DNA of 64,000 nucleotides from positions 512,001-576,000 of the forward strand of contig OZ243037.1 of assembly GCA_965212015.1 (NCBI GenBank), written 5' to 3'. Shown here piece after piece: positions 47,789-57,614 of the stretch. A model generated the notes under the pieces. That model was not told the origin of the DNA, made no database searches, and saw nothing but the letters and a program-made list of their open reading frames with translations. The DNA is from Cenarchaeum sp. (GTDB taxonomy: Archaea > Thermoproteota > Nitrososphaeria > Nitrososphaerales > Nitrosopumilaceae). The number at the start of each line of letters is the position of its first letter. Positions within the stretch are counted from its first letter, which is position 1. Both the position numbers and the translations under genes were made by a program.

Positions 47789-49059
47789 TCAGTACAGATA
47801 GCTTTGCAGTTTGATCTGCTCTTCTGTGCTGATCATGTTTTTGCTGGTAAGTATCTCCAACAGCTCCTTGAAGAGCATCTTTTGCTGCTCAGATAGTCCG
47901 CCTGCCGAGCCCTTGTCGCCGGGAGGACCAGGCGGACCCTTTGGGCCAGAAGCGCCCACGGTGCCCTGCTCGCCTTGCGGGCCGGACTCTCCGGGCGGGC
48001 CTGCATGGCCTGCCTGACCCTGCTCGCCCTGCGGTCCCTGCACCCCCTGGGGTCCCTGCGGGCCCTTGTCGCCAGGCGTGCCCTGGACTCCCCGCTCACC
48101 CTGAAGGCCGGCAGTACCCTGAGGCCCCTTGTCGCCGGAGGGGCCCGTGGGGCCGGTGAGTCCCTTGTCGCCCTGGCGTCCCGCCGGACCCTTGTCGCCT
48201 TTTTCACCCTGCGGGCCGGGAACGCCGGTGAGTCCCTTGTCGCCGGATTCGCCCTGTGAGCCCTGCGGCCCCTTGTCGCCGGTGGCACCCTGTGGACCTT
48301 TCGGGCCGGGCGGGCCTGGAATTCCCAGTATTCCCTTGTCGCCCGGAGATCCGACGGGGCCGGTCTCGCCTTTTGGGCCGGCAGGGCCGCGTTCTCCTCC
48401 AGTCCCCTTGTCGCCGGGCAGACCGGTCGGCCCCCTGCCGCCCTTGTCGCCGACTAGCCCGTGCGGGCCGGGCGGGCCCTTGTCGCCGGCAGAACCGGCA
48501 GGACCCTTGTCGCCCTTGTCACCGTGCGGGCCGGCAGGACCCTTGTCGCCCTTGTCACCCTTGTCGCCGGTAAGGCCCTTGGGGCCCACAGGACCCTTGT
48601 CGCCGGCGGGGCCGACAGGGCCTACCGTACCCTTGTCGCCGCGCGGCCCGGGAATCCCCCTGTTGCCGGAGGCAGGAATAGTTCTTTCAGGTTTTCTTGG
48701 CGGCTTGTCGATACGCGAGTCATCGCGCGGCTTTTCGGGGGCCTCCCCGCCTGCAAGCTTTATGTCAAAAACGGAATGCGCCTCGGAGAACTGGTCTAGC
48801 ACTATTATCCAGGCAGACGGCAGCTCAAAGACCTGCCTTGGGACGGGGTTTTTCTCGTCGCCTAGCACCTGGGCGAACATGCCGTCTTTGACGCGCAGGT
48901 GATAGCTCTCAGACCACAGCGAGGGAAATTTCTTGGAGGCAGCCTCTGCGGCCGACGGCTTTTTGGCGGCAATGTATACTGTTACCTCAAAGACCCCGGT
49001 CTGTCCGAATGGGGCCTTGCCGCGCACCTCCAATCTTGATTTAATGTCAGACATCACCA
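47789..49059 (-). CDS. Collagen triple-helix repeat protein
   Basis: ~86 uninterrupted G-X-Y triplets rich in GDK/GPx, with a globular N-domain ([17 protein letters not shown]) and a short helical C-domain. Start codon uncertain. Confidence 0.92.
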
Positions 49060-49139
49060 TGGATAAGAGCACGAGGTATTTTTGTATTTTCAAGCTAGGA
49101 TATGAAAACCGGCAGGCAGGGATGAGGCGGGCATGGCTT

Positions 49140-49225
49140 GGCGTACTGTCAACATTTTCCGAGATGGCTCAGGCGTGGCCTGAATCAGGCAGAAAAGCCG
49201 AGGAAACTGCCAGAGGCGACCTAAC
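49140..49225 (+). mobile_element. IS66 right-end fragment (copy 1)
   Basis: Resembles 30898-30985 (GGCAGAAAAGC..G..GCGACCTAAC) and is ~90% identical to 50752-50836. Confidence 0.7.
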
Positions 49226-49245
49226 GTATGGGATCACGTCTTACT

Positions 49246-49321
49246 GTAATTAGGCGTGAATTTTGCGTCACAAGATGTCTTTTAGGCAGGACAGGTGAAC
49301 CTCGTACGACCTACCGGTTAC
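49246..49321. mobile_element. ~76-bp MITE-like element with IS66-like ends
   Basis: Begins GTAATTAGG and ends CGACCTACCGGTTAC (cf. IS66 end CGACCTAACCGGTTAC). Core shared with 63337-63399. Confidence 0.55.
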
Positions 49322-49438
49322 CCTCTGGCGGTATCATAAAATACGTAAAAAGACGCCAAAATATAAAAAATATAATTAGTATATTATGCATACTATACAT
49401 ACTATATTAATATATTACTCCATATAGTAAATAATAAC

Positions 49439-49591
49439 ATGAAAAACGCAGAGTTTGGCCACAAGACAGAGGAAGTAAGCTGGTCAAAGGAGGACACGGC
49501 ATTCCTAGATTACCTAATAAAAACAGAAAGCAAGGATATTCCCACAAGCTTTAAAGAGATAAAAGCAATGCACGAATCAATTCCTTATTAG
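49439..49591 (+). CDS. 50-aa small protein, putative type II antitoxin
   Basis: MKNAEFGHKTEEVSWSKEDTAFLDYLIKTESKDIPTSFKEIKAMHESIPY. AT-rich promoter upstream; stop directly abuts the next ATG (TAG-ATG). Confidence 0.5.
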   Translation: MKNAEFGHKTEEVSWSKEDTAFLDYLIKTESKDIPTSFKEIKAMHESIPY

Positions 49592-49845
49592 ATGAAAATC
49601 ATTGCATATGATTCTAAATTTGAATCGAATTTGAAATTCCAGTTTTACAGCAGGAGGGTTTAGTTGTAAATTTGATTGAGAAAATAGAGAGTGCCTCCAG
49701 TTTTGACGAGTTAAAATTGATCGTGCCCTGTACCAACAAAAAGAATTTTTATTTCATACAGGATAATATCTGCAAGCTGTATTTTGAGCATATCCCACAG
49801 GCAAATCAGATAAAGATATGGAATTTTGTGTTTATTAATTGTTGA
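49592..49845 (+). pseudogene. Frameshifted RelE/ParE-like toxin
   Basis: MKIIAYDSKFESNLK, then a frame change (~49625-49660), then VVNLIEKIESASSFDELKLI..KNFYFIQ...KLYFE..IKIW. ~84 aa when joined. Confidence 0.45.
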
Positions 49846-50751
49846 TTTGGGAAAATATCGCATCCGTCCAGGTTTTTGTAGTCATAGTCTGTTATTTTTG
49901 GGCATGCCGGCAGCAGATCCTCGCAAATGAGCTGTGTCAGTCCGGCACAGATTCCACAGGCCCAAAACAATACGCAAATCCCGCCGCGTTTTCTCTACGG
50001 CAAGATGGCAGACCCGCAACCGGGAAAGGCCAATTATGATGTGACGTGTTTAATCCAGGTGGAACCAGACAGTATCCAACGCCATAATTTTATATGCATG
50101 TGGCGACCAGTCAAGTGTTTGGCGCTTGAAGGGTTTGTATCGCATCTTTCGGGACATGGCATGGTTAGTGTAGCCAGATTAAAAGACGAGGGTAAAGAGG
50201 GCGCACTGAAAACCGCCTAAAGGTTCAAAAATACACATATTTGGCCAAATATTTCGGGCCGGATCTCGGCCATACATACATCTGCGCGGGCCACACTCTA
50301 GTGGACTGACGTCGGATTACTATCTGGACATTGCAAACATGGCATCGGCGCCACCTGCTCTACGTCAAGAATTTTTGTCAGTTCTGGTGGGCAAGAGCGC
50401 CGATTGGTCGGATATTGCATCGACCATACTGCACGAGACGAATCATGATGAGGGTTCAATGCTGGAGCACTTGCATGCCAGTGTGATCATGGGCCAAAAT
50501 TCATTGATTCTGTCTGTTCGGAATAGACTGGTATTCACCTATTGTAAGCTCTGATGGCATGTTCAGGATTTGGTTGCGTGCCCTATCATTTTTCAGATCC
50601 CCGACATGTCTTAATATCTGAGAGTCAACGGCTTGTCAGAAAATCTGTGGCATCAGGGATGCTCTGATCGCTTTGTGCCGTCGTGATTCAATTGCCGGCC
50701 TATATCCAAAGATGCAGATGGGTATTGCCACAGAGGCGGCCTGTATGGCCC

Positions 50752-50836
50752 GGCGTACTGTCAACATTTTCCGGGATGGCTCAGGCGTGGCCCGAATCGG
50801 GCAGAAAAGCCGCGGGAATTGCCAGAGGCGGCCTGA
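50752..50836 (+). mobile_element. IS66 right-end fragment (copy 2)
   Basis: GGCGTACTGTCAACATTTTCCG.GATGGCTCAGGCGTGGCC.GAATC.GGCAGAAAAGCCG shared with 49140-49200. Confidence 0.7.
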
Positions 50837-50895
50837 TCTCCTGCCTTTGGGCGTGGGAATGGTATTTATCTAGAAAAACGGCCCTATCAGAAATA

Positions 50896-52020
50896 ATGAA
50901 GAGACTGCCAGGCAGGTTTGCAAAGGACACCCCGAGGCCCAAAAAGGACATGGAGCTTACCGATGCGGACTATCAGAGGCGCAAGTTCTTCAAAAAGGGG
51001 ATAAACCTGATGGCCGACGAGAGGCTCGAGGAGGCATCAGCCGCCTTTGAGCAGGCCCTCAGAATCGAGCCGGACAATGTAGAGACGCTAATCAAGCTAG
51101 GCTATGCAAAGTTTCACCTAAATGATCACACAAACTCCCTAAAGGTGTACGACAGGATACTTGACATCGATGTTACAAACGCAGAGACGTGGAACCTAAA
51201 GTCGCTGGTGCACTATGAGCAGAAAAACTTTTCAAAGGCGCTGGACTGCGTGGAAAAGGCGACTGACTCTGATCCCACGTACGGAATGGCGTGGTACAAC
51301 AAGGCGTGCTATCTCTCGCTTTTGATGCAGATTCCCGAGGCAATCGAGACGCTAAAGCGCTCAATTGAGATCGACGTAAAGAACGCAAGAAAGGCAGTAA
51401 AGGACAGGGACTTTGTAAACGTCAGAGTCGAGGACGGCTTTAGGAGGATAATAGAGGTGGTGGTGCTAGAATCCATAAGGCAGGGATACCACACCATCGG
51501 CGCCATAGTATGGACCACGTTTATCAGCAAGGCCGACACCATAGACGCCCTGACAAAGCTGCAAGAAAAGGGCATGGTCGTAAAAAACGAGAAAAGGGAT
51601 GGGCTGCACAAGATTCCAATATACGATCTCTCGCCGGACATTACAAAAAAGATAGGCACAGAAAAAAGGAACATTCTCGGAATCAGGAAAAGGAGGCTTC
51701 CAAGCACGGTCATAAACCTAAAGGGCATAAGCCAGTCCATACAGTCAATCAGGGCAGCAATTGACTCCGAAGACGTCGAGAAGATTACTGCGAGCTTTGA
51801 TGATCTGGTCGATTCCAAAAAGTTCGGCGAGCAGATAATAGAGCAGTTCTTTGAGGAGCACCGGGAGATAAGGCTGTGGAAGATCCGGCTAAAGGACCAC
51901 GGCATCGAGTTTCTGCACGACAACAGAAAAAAGATGCTCGACATGCTTGACAACATTGAGACGGCCGTGACAAAGCAGCTGCGCAACGAGGTCGCCTATT
52001 CGGCAGACAAGTCCCAATAG
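50896..52020 (+). CDS. Tetratricopeptide repeat protein with C-terminal wHTH-like region
   Basis: TPR motifs (FEQALRIEPDN, AWYNKACY). Likely start at ATG 50896; the ORF extension upstream is IS-derived. Confidence 0.88.
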   Translation: MKRLPGRFAKDTPRPKKDMELTDADYQRRKFFKKGINLMADERLEEASAAFEQALRIEPDNVETLIKLGYAKFHLNDHTNSLKVYDRILDIDVTNAETWNLKSLVHYEQKNFSKALDCVEKATDSDPTYGMAWYNKACYLSLLMQIPEAIETLKRSIEIDVKNARKAVKDRDFVNVRVEDGFRRIIEVVVLESIRQGYHTIGAIVWTTFISKADTIDALTKLQEKGMVVKNEKRDGLHKIPIYDLSPDITKKIGTEKRNILGIRKRRLPSTVINLKGISQSIQSIRAAIDSEDVEKITASFDDLVDSKKFGEQIIEQFFEEHREIRLWKIRLKDHGIEFLHDNRKKMLDMLDNIETAVTKQLRNEVAYSADKSQ

Positions 52021-52802
52021 TTTGCGTGTTCCTGCTTTTCTGTGGGCTTTTCCAGGCCCTTCCATTCCTTGAATGATCTCACGTACAGCCGCACGTTGGG
52101 CAGGCCGACGGACTTTAGCGCGTAATACGCCAGGCCCGAGAGCGTCCCGACGCTTCCGCAGTACGTGATTACCTCGTCTTTGGGCGAGATTCCCCTGTTC
52201 TCCAGCATGCGCCTCATCTCAGAGGGCGGGCGGATTATGCTCTGCGGCGACGCAAGCATCCGGTACGGGATGTTGAGCGCACCCGGTATGTGCTGCTCGA
52301 GATAGTTGAGCCGCTCCCTGTTGTCGACTAGCGTGACGCCCGGCCGCCCCTTTGACTCCTCAAGGTATGCCGCAGATGCCACAATGCCCTGGCGGGGCCG
52401 CAAGGAGTGCTCCCTTGGCGCTACATCGGGCAGTGCCGCATCGCACTCTAGACCCATGGACTTCCACGTGCCGTATGTTATGTCCAAAAGCGACACGTTA
52501 TCGTGGCCCAAATGCTCAAGGCTCCACGCCACCCGGGATGCCAGAGCCCCAAATGTGTCATCGTATACTGCCACTGCCGTCTCGTCGTCGACTCCAAGCG
52601 AGCCGAATATCTTTTGCACCCTTGAGGGGCTGTCATCTGAGAGAAGATCCGCAAGCGGCAGGCTGACTGAACCCGGTATGTGGTCGAGCCTGTAATCCTC
52701 CCCCCTCCGGACGTCAATTACGCGCACGCTCTTGTCACGTAGCTCGGATCTCAGCGAGTCTGCGTCAATCGTGACGCGCCGCGCCCCGCTCAGGCGGCAC
52801 AC
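51996..52802 (-). CDS. Tandem-domain rhodanese / thiosulfate sulfurtransferase
   Basis: IDVR..Y..HIPG in both domains; active-site loop YCGSVGT; SFKEW. Start uncertain. Confidence 0.92.
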   Translation of the reverse strand: MCRLSGARRVTIDADSLRSELRDKSVRVIDVRRGEDYRLDHIPGSVSLPLADLLSDDSPSRVQKIFGSLGVDDETAVAVYDDTFGALASRVAWSLEHLGHDNVSLLDITYGTWKSMGLECDAALPDVAPREHSLRPRQGIVASAAYLEESKGRPGVTLVDNRERLNYLEQHIPGALNIPYRMLASPQSIIRPPSEMRRMLENRGISPKDEVITYCGSVGTLSGLAYYALKSVGLPNVRLYVRSFKEWKGLEKPTEKQEHANYWDLSAE

Positions 52803-54592
52803 TCCCCCTTGCCCGTCCTGGTATGATAGCCGTCGTCGCTGCCGTAATCCGCATAAAAGTCCGCATCCTGCTCTATTAGGGGGACGGCGGCCAGCGGTTC
52901 GAGCTCCTTTTTTATGTCGGCCACCGACCGTATGCCGGAATCCTCCCCCCCGTCAAGAATCCTGTGAATCCACGACTTTAGCGTGTCCCCGGATCTCTTG
53001 TTTTTCCTGAACAGCTCAATTATGTGTAGTATGGCCGGAATTACGCGCTTTGCCGGGATTCTCATACAGTTGACGCCAAGCATCGTCTGCGAGTCAAACC
53101 GGCCGCCAAGGGACATTTGGTATACCGGATACATGTTTTTTCCGGCCTTTGAGCCCCCGCCATTGAGGCCTATCGTGGCAATCCCGTGCTGCCCGCAGGA
53201 GTTAGGACAGCCGCTTATCTTAATCGTGGCATCAGCAAGATCCTCGTCCTCGTCAAGCCTCAGCTCCAGGAACTTTCTCTGTATCTCCTTTGCAAGCCTG
53301 TGCGAGTTGGTAAGCGCAAGGTTGCACGACGTCGTGCCAGAGCAGCCAATGGGCGTGGCCATCGTCAGGCCGCCGGACTTTGCAAGGCCGGCCCGCACCA
53401 GTGCAGAATACAGCTGCGGCAGATCGTCGTCCTTTACGTACCGGATTACCACGTCCTGTGAAAACCCGTTTCGCGCCATCCGTTCTGCCGAAAAATCGCG
53501 CGAGAGCTCTGCCAGTGCGCGGAGCTGGCTTGCGGTAATGTCGCCTGCCTCAAGTGTCACAAAGGCTGCGCGGTACCCGTCCTGGCTCTGCGCAAACGTG
53601 TTGGTCTTTTTCCACCTCTCAAGGCCGTCGGCAGCGGAGGCCTGCTCGTCAGTCACCCTTATCGGCGATGTCAGCCGTCTTGGCGAGTCGTCCACGCGCA
53701 GCCTCACAATTATTGACTGTGTTGCGCGCACCACCGATCTCTCCTTGAGCACCAGGTTCCGGAACGTGTCCCATCCCATGGCATCCACCAGATAGCGCAT
53801 CCTGTTGCGCGCCATGTTTTTTCTGTCGCCCATCCTGTCAAAAATCCTAAGAACCGCAATCGAGGTGTAAAGCAGGTCGTCTTTTGGCGTAAAGTCCTCC
53901 AGCTGGTGGCCCACAAACGACTTGTTGCCAAGGCCGCCGCCAAGAAACACCTTGAAGCCCTTTTGCACCGAGCCGTCTGCCTGCCTTGTCTGCGGGACCA
54001 GCCCCACGTCGACCATCCTTGCCATCCCGTGGTTCTCGCAGCACGTAAAGTTGAACTTGAACTTGCGCGGAAGGTTCTGGTTTAGCGGGTTGCGCAGGAA
54101 AAACTTTGCAGTCGCCAGCGCGTACGGCGTGGCGTCAAAGGCCTCCTCCCCGCACACCCCGCAAAGCGGGCTGCACATTACGTTTCGCACGGTGTTTCCG
54201 CACGCCTCGCGCGACGTAAGGCCCACTCCTGCGAGTCCCCTCATTATCTCAGAGACGTCCTCGAGCACCACCCAGTGAAGCTGCACGTTTTCGCGCGTGG
54301 AAAGGTGCGCGCTGCCGATGGAATACTCTTCGCTTAGCTGCGCGATTTTCTCTAGCTGTTCGGGATAAATCTCGCCGCCTGGAATCTTTATTCGCACCAT
54401 CGCGTAATCCCCGGTCATCCGGGTCCCGTACGCGCCGTGCTGCAGCCTCAGGCGCCTAAAGCTGTCGGCATCAAGCCTTCCCTGGCGGAACAGCTTTACT
54501 GACTCTGCAAAGCCGTCTGCCTCCTCGAGTCTCGCCCAGTTTATCCTGGGCGCCGCCCCCTTTGGACGGGACTGGACTGATCTTGCCTTCAA
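52790..54592 (-). CDS. sir: Ferredoxin-dependent sulfite (nitrite) reductase
   Basis: STRENVQ, LPRKFK, CSGTTSC and SGCPNSC siroheme/4Fe-4S ligands. Likely TTG start at 54592 with TTTATAA upstream. Confidence 0.93.
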   Translation of the reverse strand: MKARSVQSRPKGAAPRINWARLEEADGFAESVKLFRQGRLDADSFRRLRLQHGAYGTRMTGDYAMVRIKIPGGEIYPEQLEKIAQLSEEYSIGSAHLSTRENVQLHWVVLEDVSEIMRGLAGVGLTSREACGNTVRNVMCSPLCGVCGEEAFDATPYALATAKFFLRNPLNQNLPRKFKFNFTCCENHGMARMVDVGLVPQTRQADGSVQKGFKVFLGGGLGNKSFVGHQLEDFTPKDDLLYTSIAVLRIFDRMGDRKNMARNRMRYLVDAMGWDTFRNLVLKERSVVRATQSIIVRLRVDDSPRRLTSPIRVTDEQASAADGLERWKKTNTFAQSQDGYRAAFVTLEAGDITASQLRALAELSRDFSAERMARNGFSQDVVIRYVKDDDLPQLYSALVRAGLAKSGGLTMATPIGCSGTTSCNLALTNSHRLAKEIQRKFLELRLDEDEDLADATIKISGCPNSCGQHGIATIGLNGGGSKAGKNMYPVYQMSLGGRFDSQTMLGVNCMRIPAKRVIPAILHIIELFRKNKRSGDTLKSWIHRILDGGEDSGIRSVADIKKELEPLAAVPLIEQDADFYADYGSDDGYHTRTGKGECAA

Positions 54593-54777
54593 TGGAATAG
54601 TTGATTTGAATTTGGTTATAAATTTTTGAAAACAGGAATTTTTACCGTAAAAATCGGGCCAAACCGCGCTAACTGCCTGATTATCCGCGCCCACCGGCCC
54701 CCCCGGGCGTTAGTTAGACCTAATTTGGCGCCGGATTTTTGCGAAACTATTAATTCCTTTCAAGGGCCAGCCACCGC

Positions 54778-55596
54778 ATGCAAGAGGCCGTCAGCGCGCA
54801 AAAATCGACCAGAATCTTCAAGGAGGTCCGCGAGGTCGACATTACGCGCGCCATAGCAGCAGAGTTCAACGAGGTGCTGCAGGACATGGCCGAATGCGAC
54901 GTTTTAGTTATAGGCGCCGGCCCCGCCGGACTGACTGCCTCGCGCGAGCTCTCAAAGAGGGGCTACAAGGTGCTGGTCATAGAGCAAAACAACTATCTCG
55001 GAGGCGGATACTGGCTCGGCGGATACATGATGAATCCGGTGACCGTAAGGGAGCCGGCCCAGAAGGTCTGGGAGGAGATGGGCGTTCCCTTTAAAAAAGT
55101 CGGCGACGGGCTGTACCTCACCCCGGGCCCGCATGCGGTATCAAAATTGATTGCCAGCACGTGTGATGCCGGCGTAAAGTTTCTCAATCTTACAAAATTC
55201 GACGACTTGGTCCTGAAAAACGGCAGGGTGTCAGGTGTGGTGGCCAACTGGATGCCGGTTTCTGCCCTGCCAAGGAACATCACCTGCGTGGATCCCGTGG
55301 CACTAGAGTCCAAGATGGTAATTGACGCCTCCGGGCACGACTCTGTGGCAGTAAAGCGCCTGGTGGACAGGGGCCTGGTCGGCTGGAAGGGGATGAACCC
55401 GATGCACGTCGACGAGGGCGAGGATCAGGTGGTGCACAAGACAGGCGAGGTGTTCCCGGGCCTGGTCGCCGCAGGCATGTCGGTGACTGAGACCCACGGC
55501 CTGGCAAGAATGGGGCCGACGTTTGGCGCCATGCTGTTTTCCGGAATGAGGGCAGCCGAGATTACCGCAGCAAAGATCAAAGAGCTTGGAAACTAG
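54778..55596 (+). CDS. thi4: Thiazole synthase THI4 family
   Basis: GAGPAGL, GGGYWLGG, CVDP, DASGHD and RMGPTFGAMLFSG motifs. Confidence 0.95.
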   Translation: MQEAVSAQKSTRIFKEVREVDITRAIAAEFNEVLQDMAECDVLVIGAGPAGLTASRELSKRGYKVLVIEQNNYLGGGYWLGGYMMNPVTVREPAQKVWEEMGVPFKKVGDGLYLTPGPHAVSKLIASTCDAGVKFLNLTKFDDLVLKNGRVSGVVANWMPVSALPRNITCVDPVALESKMVIDASGHDSVAVKRLVDRGLVGWKGMNPMHVDEGEDQVVHKTGEVFPGLVAAGMSVTETHGLARMGPTFGAMLFSGMRAAEITAAKIKELGN

Positions 55597-55634
55597 CCAG
55601 AAAAATATTTAAAAAAAATAAAGCGTCGTTTTCG

Positions 55635-56816
55635 CTACAGGAATCTGTGAACGATTGGACAGTTGACAATGATTCCCGAGCTGCCGTATGCTCCGCCGTC
55701 CGGACCGGTAATCCATCCCTGTTCTACCAGACCGAGAATTTGGAATTCTTCGGTAACTCTGAAATCATATCCTTTCTCTTTTGCCTCATCAGTCCAGAAT
55801 CCCAGGTTTACATCCCACAATGGGGAATAGTCAGTTGCAATGGTCGGAATTCCTCCCAGTACGTTGAGCGGAGATCGTCCGTCCTCTATGGCGCTTGCCA
55901 GTCCCTGTCTTCCGGGATTGTCCGCACCGGTGGGGCCGTTTGCCATTACGAATATCCTCTCTACTGCAGAGAATGCAGAGTCGTCCCTGCCAACGTCGAT
56001 GTCATCCATGCCCGGGGCCCATGTAGCGCCCTCAAGTGTGGCTGCCAACGGGTGGTTGCTGTCGGTGCTGATGTACATCACCGGTCGTGCAAAGCTGAAT
56101 CCGGGGGTAAGCTTTACTGTTACCGTTCCTGATTCGGGGCAGATATAGGCGACAATGTCGTGCACCTTGCTGTAATCCGGAGTGTCGTGACAGGACGAAA
56201 TGTCGTCACCTGTCGCGATTATCGGGGCGTTGTATATGTGCCTGCCTGCATTGCTGATTAGAACCAGCGGGGAATAGTATTCGTCGCCTACCGATCCGGG
56301 CTGAAAGTCCTCGGGCGGGAAGGTGCTGCCAGTTATGCTTCGCTCTGGCGCAAAGTCAACCATTCCGCGTGAAAACACGAGTTCTGCTCCGCTGTTTAGC
56401 TTTGCATATCTCACAGCGTTTCCGATTTCGGCATACGAAAGCTTGGGCGAATAATTCAGCCCAAGGGCTTCTGCGTTGCCCTTGTCGGTGGTGTCAGTCA
56501 GGATGTACCAGACCGTGGTGTAATCGGTGGGCCCGTTCCTGACCTTTCCCTCGTACAGCGGGAGCGTTATGGTTCCCGCATCAAGATCAACTGATCCCGA
56601 TTTTAGCAGCTGGAATGGTCCAATCAGCTCCTTTTGCACGTCAGATGGCGCCGGTCCAAAGTATGTCAGCGGTATGTCTGCACCAATGCTCGGAGGAGCT
56701 GGCGCGACGTCGTCGTCGGCCGGATCGTTCATCTGATCTGCAAAACTGTTGGTCACCCCAAGTCCAATTGCCAAAAGAACTATGGTGGGAATAATGAGTC
56801 GTTTTGAATATGTCAT
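55635..56816 (-). CDS. Secreted protein of unknown function (~393 aa)
   Basis: Signal peptide MTYSKRLIIPTIVLLAIGLGVTNSFA; YSPL/DYSPLW repeats and VNCP end; acidic. Confidence 0.85.
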   Translation of the reverse strand: MTYSKRLIIPTIVLLAIGLGVTNSFADQMNDPADDDVAPAPPSIGADIPLTYFGPAPSDVQKELIGPFQLLKSGSVDLDAGTITLPLYEGKVRNGPTDYTTVWYILTDTTDKGNAEALGLNYSPKLSYAEIGNAVRYAKLNSGAELVFSRGMVDFAPERSITGSTFPPEDFQPGSVGDEYYSPLVLISNAGRHIYNAPIIATGDDISSCHDTPDYSKVHDIVAYICPESGTVTVKLTPGFSFARPVMYISTDSNHPLAATLEGATWAPGMDDIDVGRDDSAFSAVERIFVMANGPTGADNPGRQGLASAIEDGRSPLNVLGGIPTIATDYSPLWDVNLGFWTDEAKEKGYDFRVTEEFQILGLVEQGWITGPDGGAYGSSGIIVNCPIVHRFL

Positions 56817-56976
56817 TGTGTGTGGTTGGGTGTAGCACATTATTTAACACTAACCATCATTTTTGCCCGTGTGCCGCAGGCTGGTGTAATATCTGGCGCC
56901 CGGGCCGCCGCCCTGGCGCCGCACCACGCATGGCAAGCAATAAAAAAGACGGCGCGCCAGCAACTGCCGGATACGG

Positions 56977-57282
56977 TTGAAGGACTATGAGCACGTCGTG
57001 ATATGGCAGGACTATTTCAACAAGGCACTGCCAAGGTCAGGCGGCAGAAGGCTCGGGAGGGAAAAATGCGTCGCCTCCCCGTCGCTCAAGGAGCTGGCCG
57101 ATGCTGCAGCAGCTGCGGGATTCGAGGTTACAGAGTCAAACGAAAAGGCCCGGTTTCCAAAAACGCCGCACATCAGGTCAGGGTATATAGTCCTGCCCAA
57201 AAAGGCCCCAAAGACTGCCATATTGAACAGGATTTCCGGAAAACTAGTCTCCAGCCGGGCAAGACGCTCAAAGCAAAATTGA
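56977..57282 (+). CDS. srp19: Signal recognition particle 19 kDa protein
   Basis: VIW..YFNK...RSGGRR...SPSLKEL...A.FP.....SG motif. Confidence 0.92.
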   Translation: MKDYEHVVIWQDYFNKALPRSGGRRLGREKCVASPSLKELADAAAAAGFEVTESNEKARFPKTPHIRSGYIVLPKKAPKTAILNRISGKLVSSRARRSKQN

Positions 57283-57350
57283 TTCTAGCTCTAAGCTAAA
57301 GTAAATTTGACAGAACTGTATGATAACTGCCGGCTCTGTCCAATAGTCAA

Positions 57351-57614
57351 TTGCAGGAGATAGGAAAAATTATGCATTTGGCCAGCAGCGGCAGGGTGAT
57401 CATCAAGCTCAAAGAACCGCTGCCAGAAGGCCAGATACTCGGCGACCTGAAAAGCAACAAAATCGCAAAGGTCATGGAGCTAATCGGGCCCACAAAAAGC
57501 CCGTTTGCATCGGCGTCCCCGCTGACTAACAGCATAAAAAAATACGTCGGCAGGAATGTTTTTGCACTGGATGTTTCTCCTGCAAGAAAAAAGACAAGGA
57601 GAAAAAGAAAATGA
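57351..57614 (+). CDS. gar1: H/ACA RNP component Gar1/Naf1
   Basis: GKIMHL..SGRVII; KVMELIGPTKSPF; srp19-gar1-tfb synteny. Confidence 0.88.
   Translation: MQEIGKIMHLASSGRVIIKLKEPLPEGQILGDLKSNKIAKVMELIGPTKSPFASASPLTNSIKKYVGRNVFALDVSPARKKTRRKRK

Noticed and set aside
48129-48902. Second collagen-like ORF on the plus strand
   Set aside because: Antisense of G-X-Y codons (Pro every third residue); no true Gly periodicity.
49850-50700. Short ORFs 49927-50220 and 50339-50554
   Set aside because: No recognisable motifs; probably decayed sequence.
44272-54694. Long N-terminal extensions of argS, the TPR protein and sir (also trmI at 24679-24798) in the ORF track
   Set aside because: The extensions run into promoters, neighbouring genes or IS remnants. 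Downstream starts fit the conserved domains and TATA spacing.
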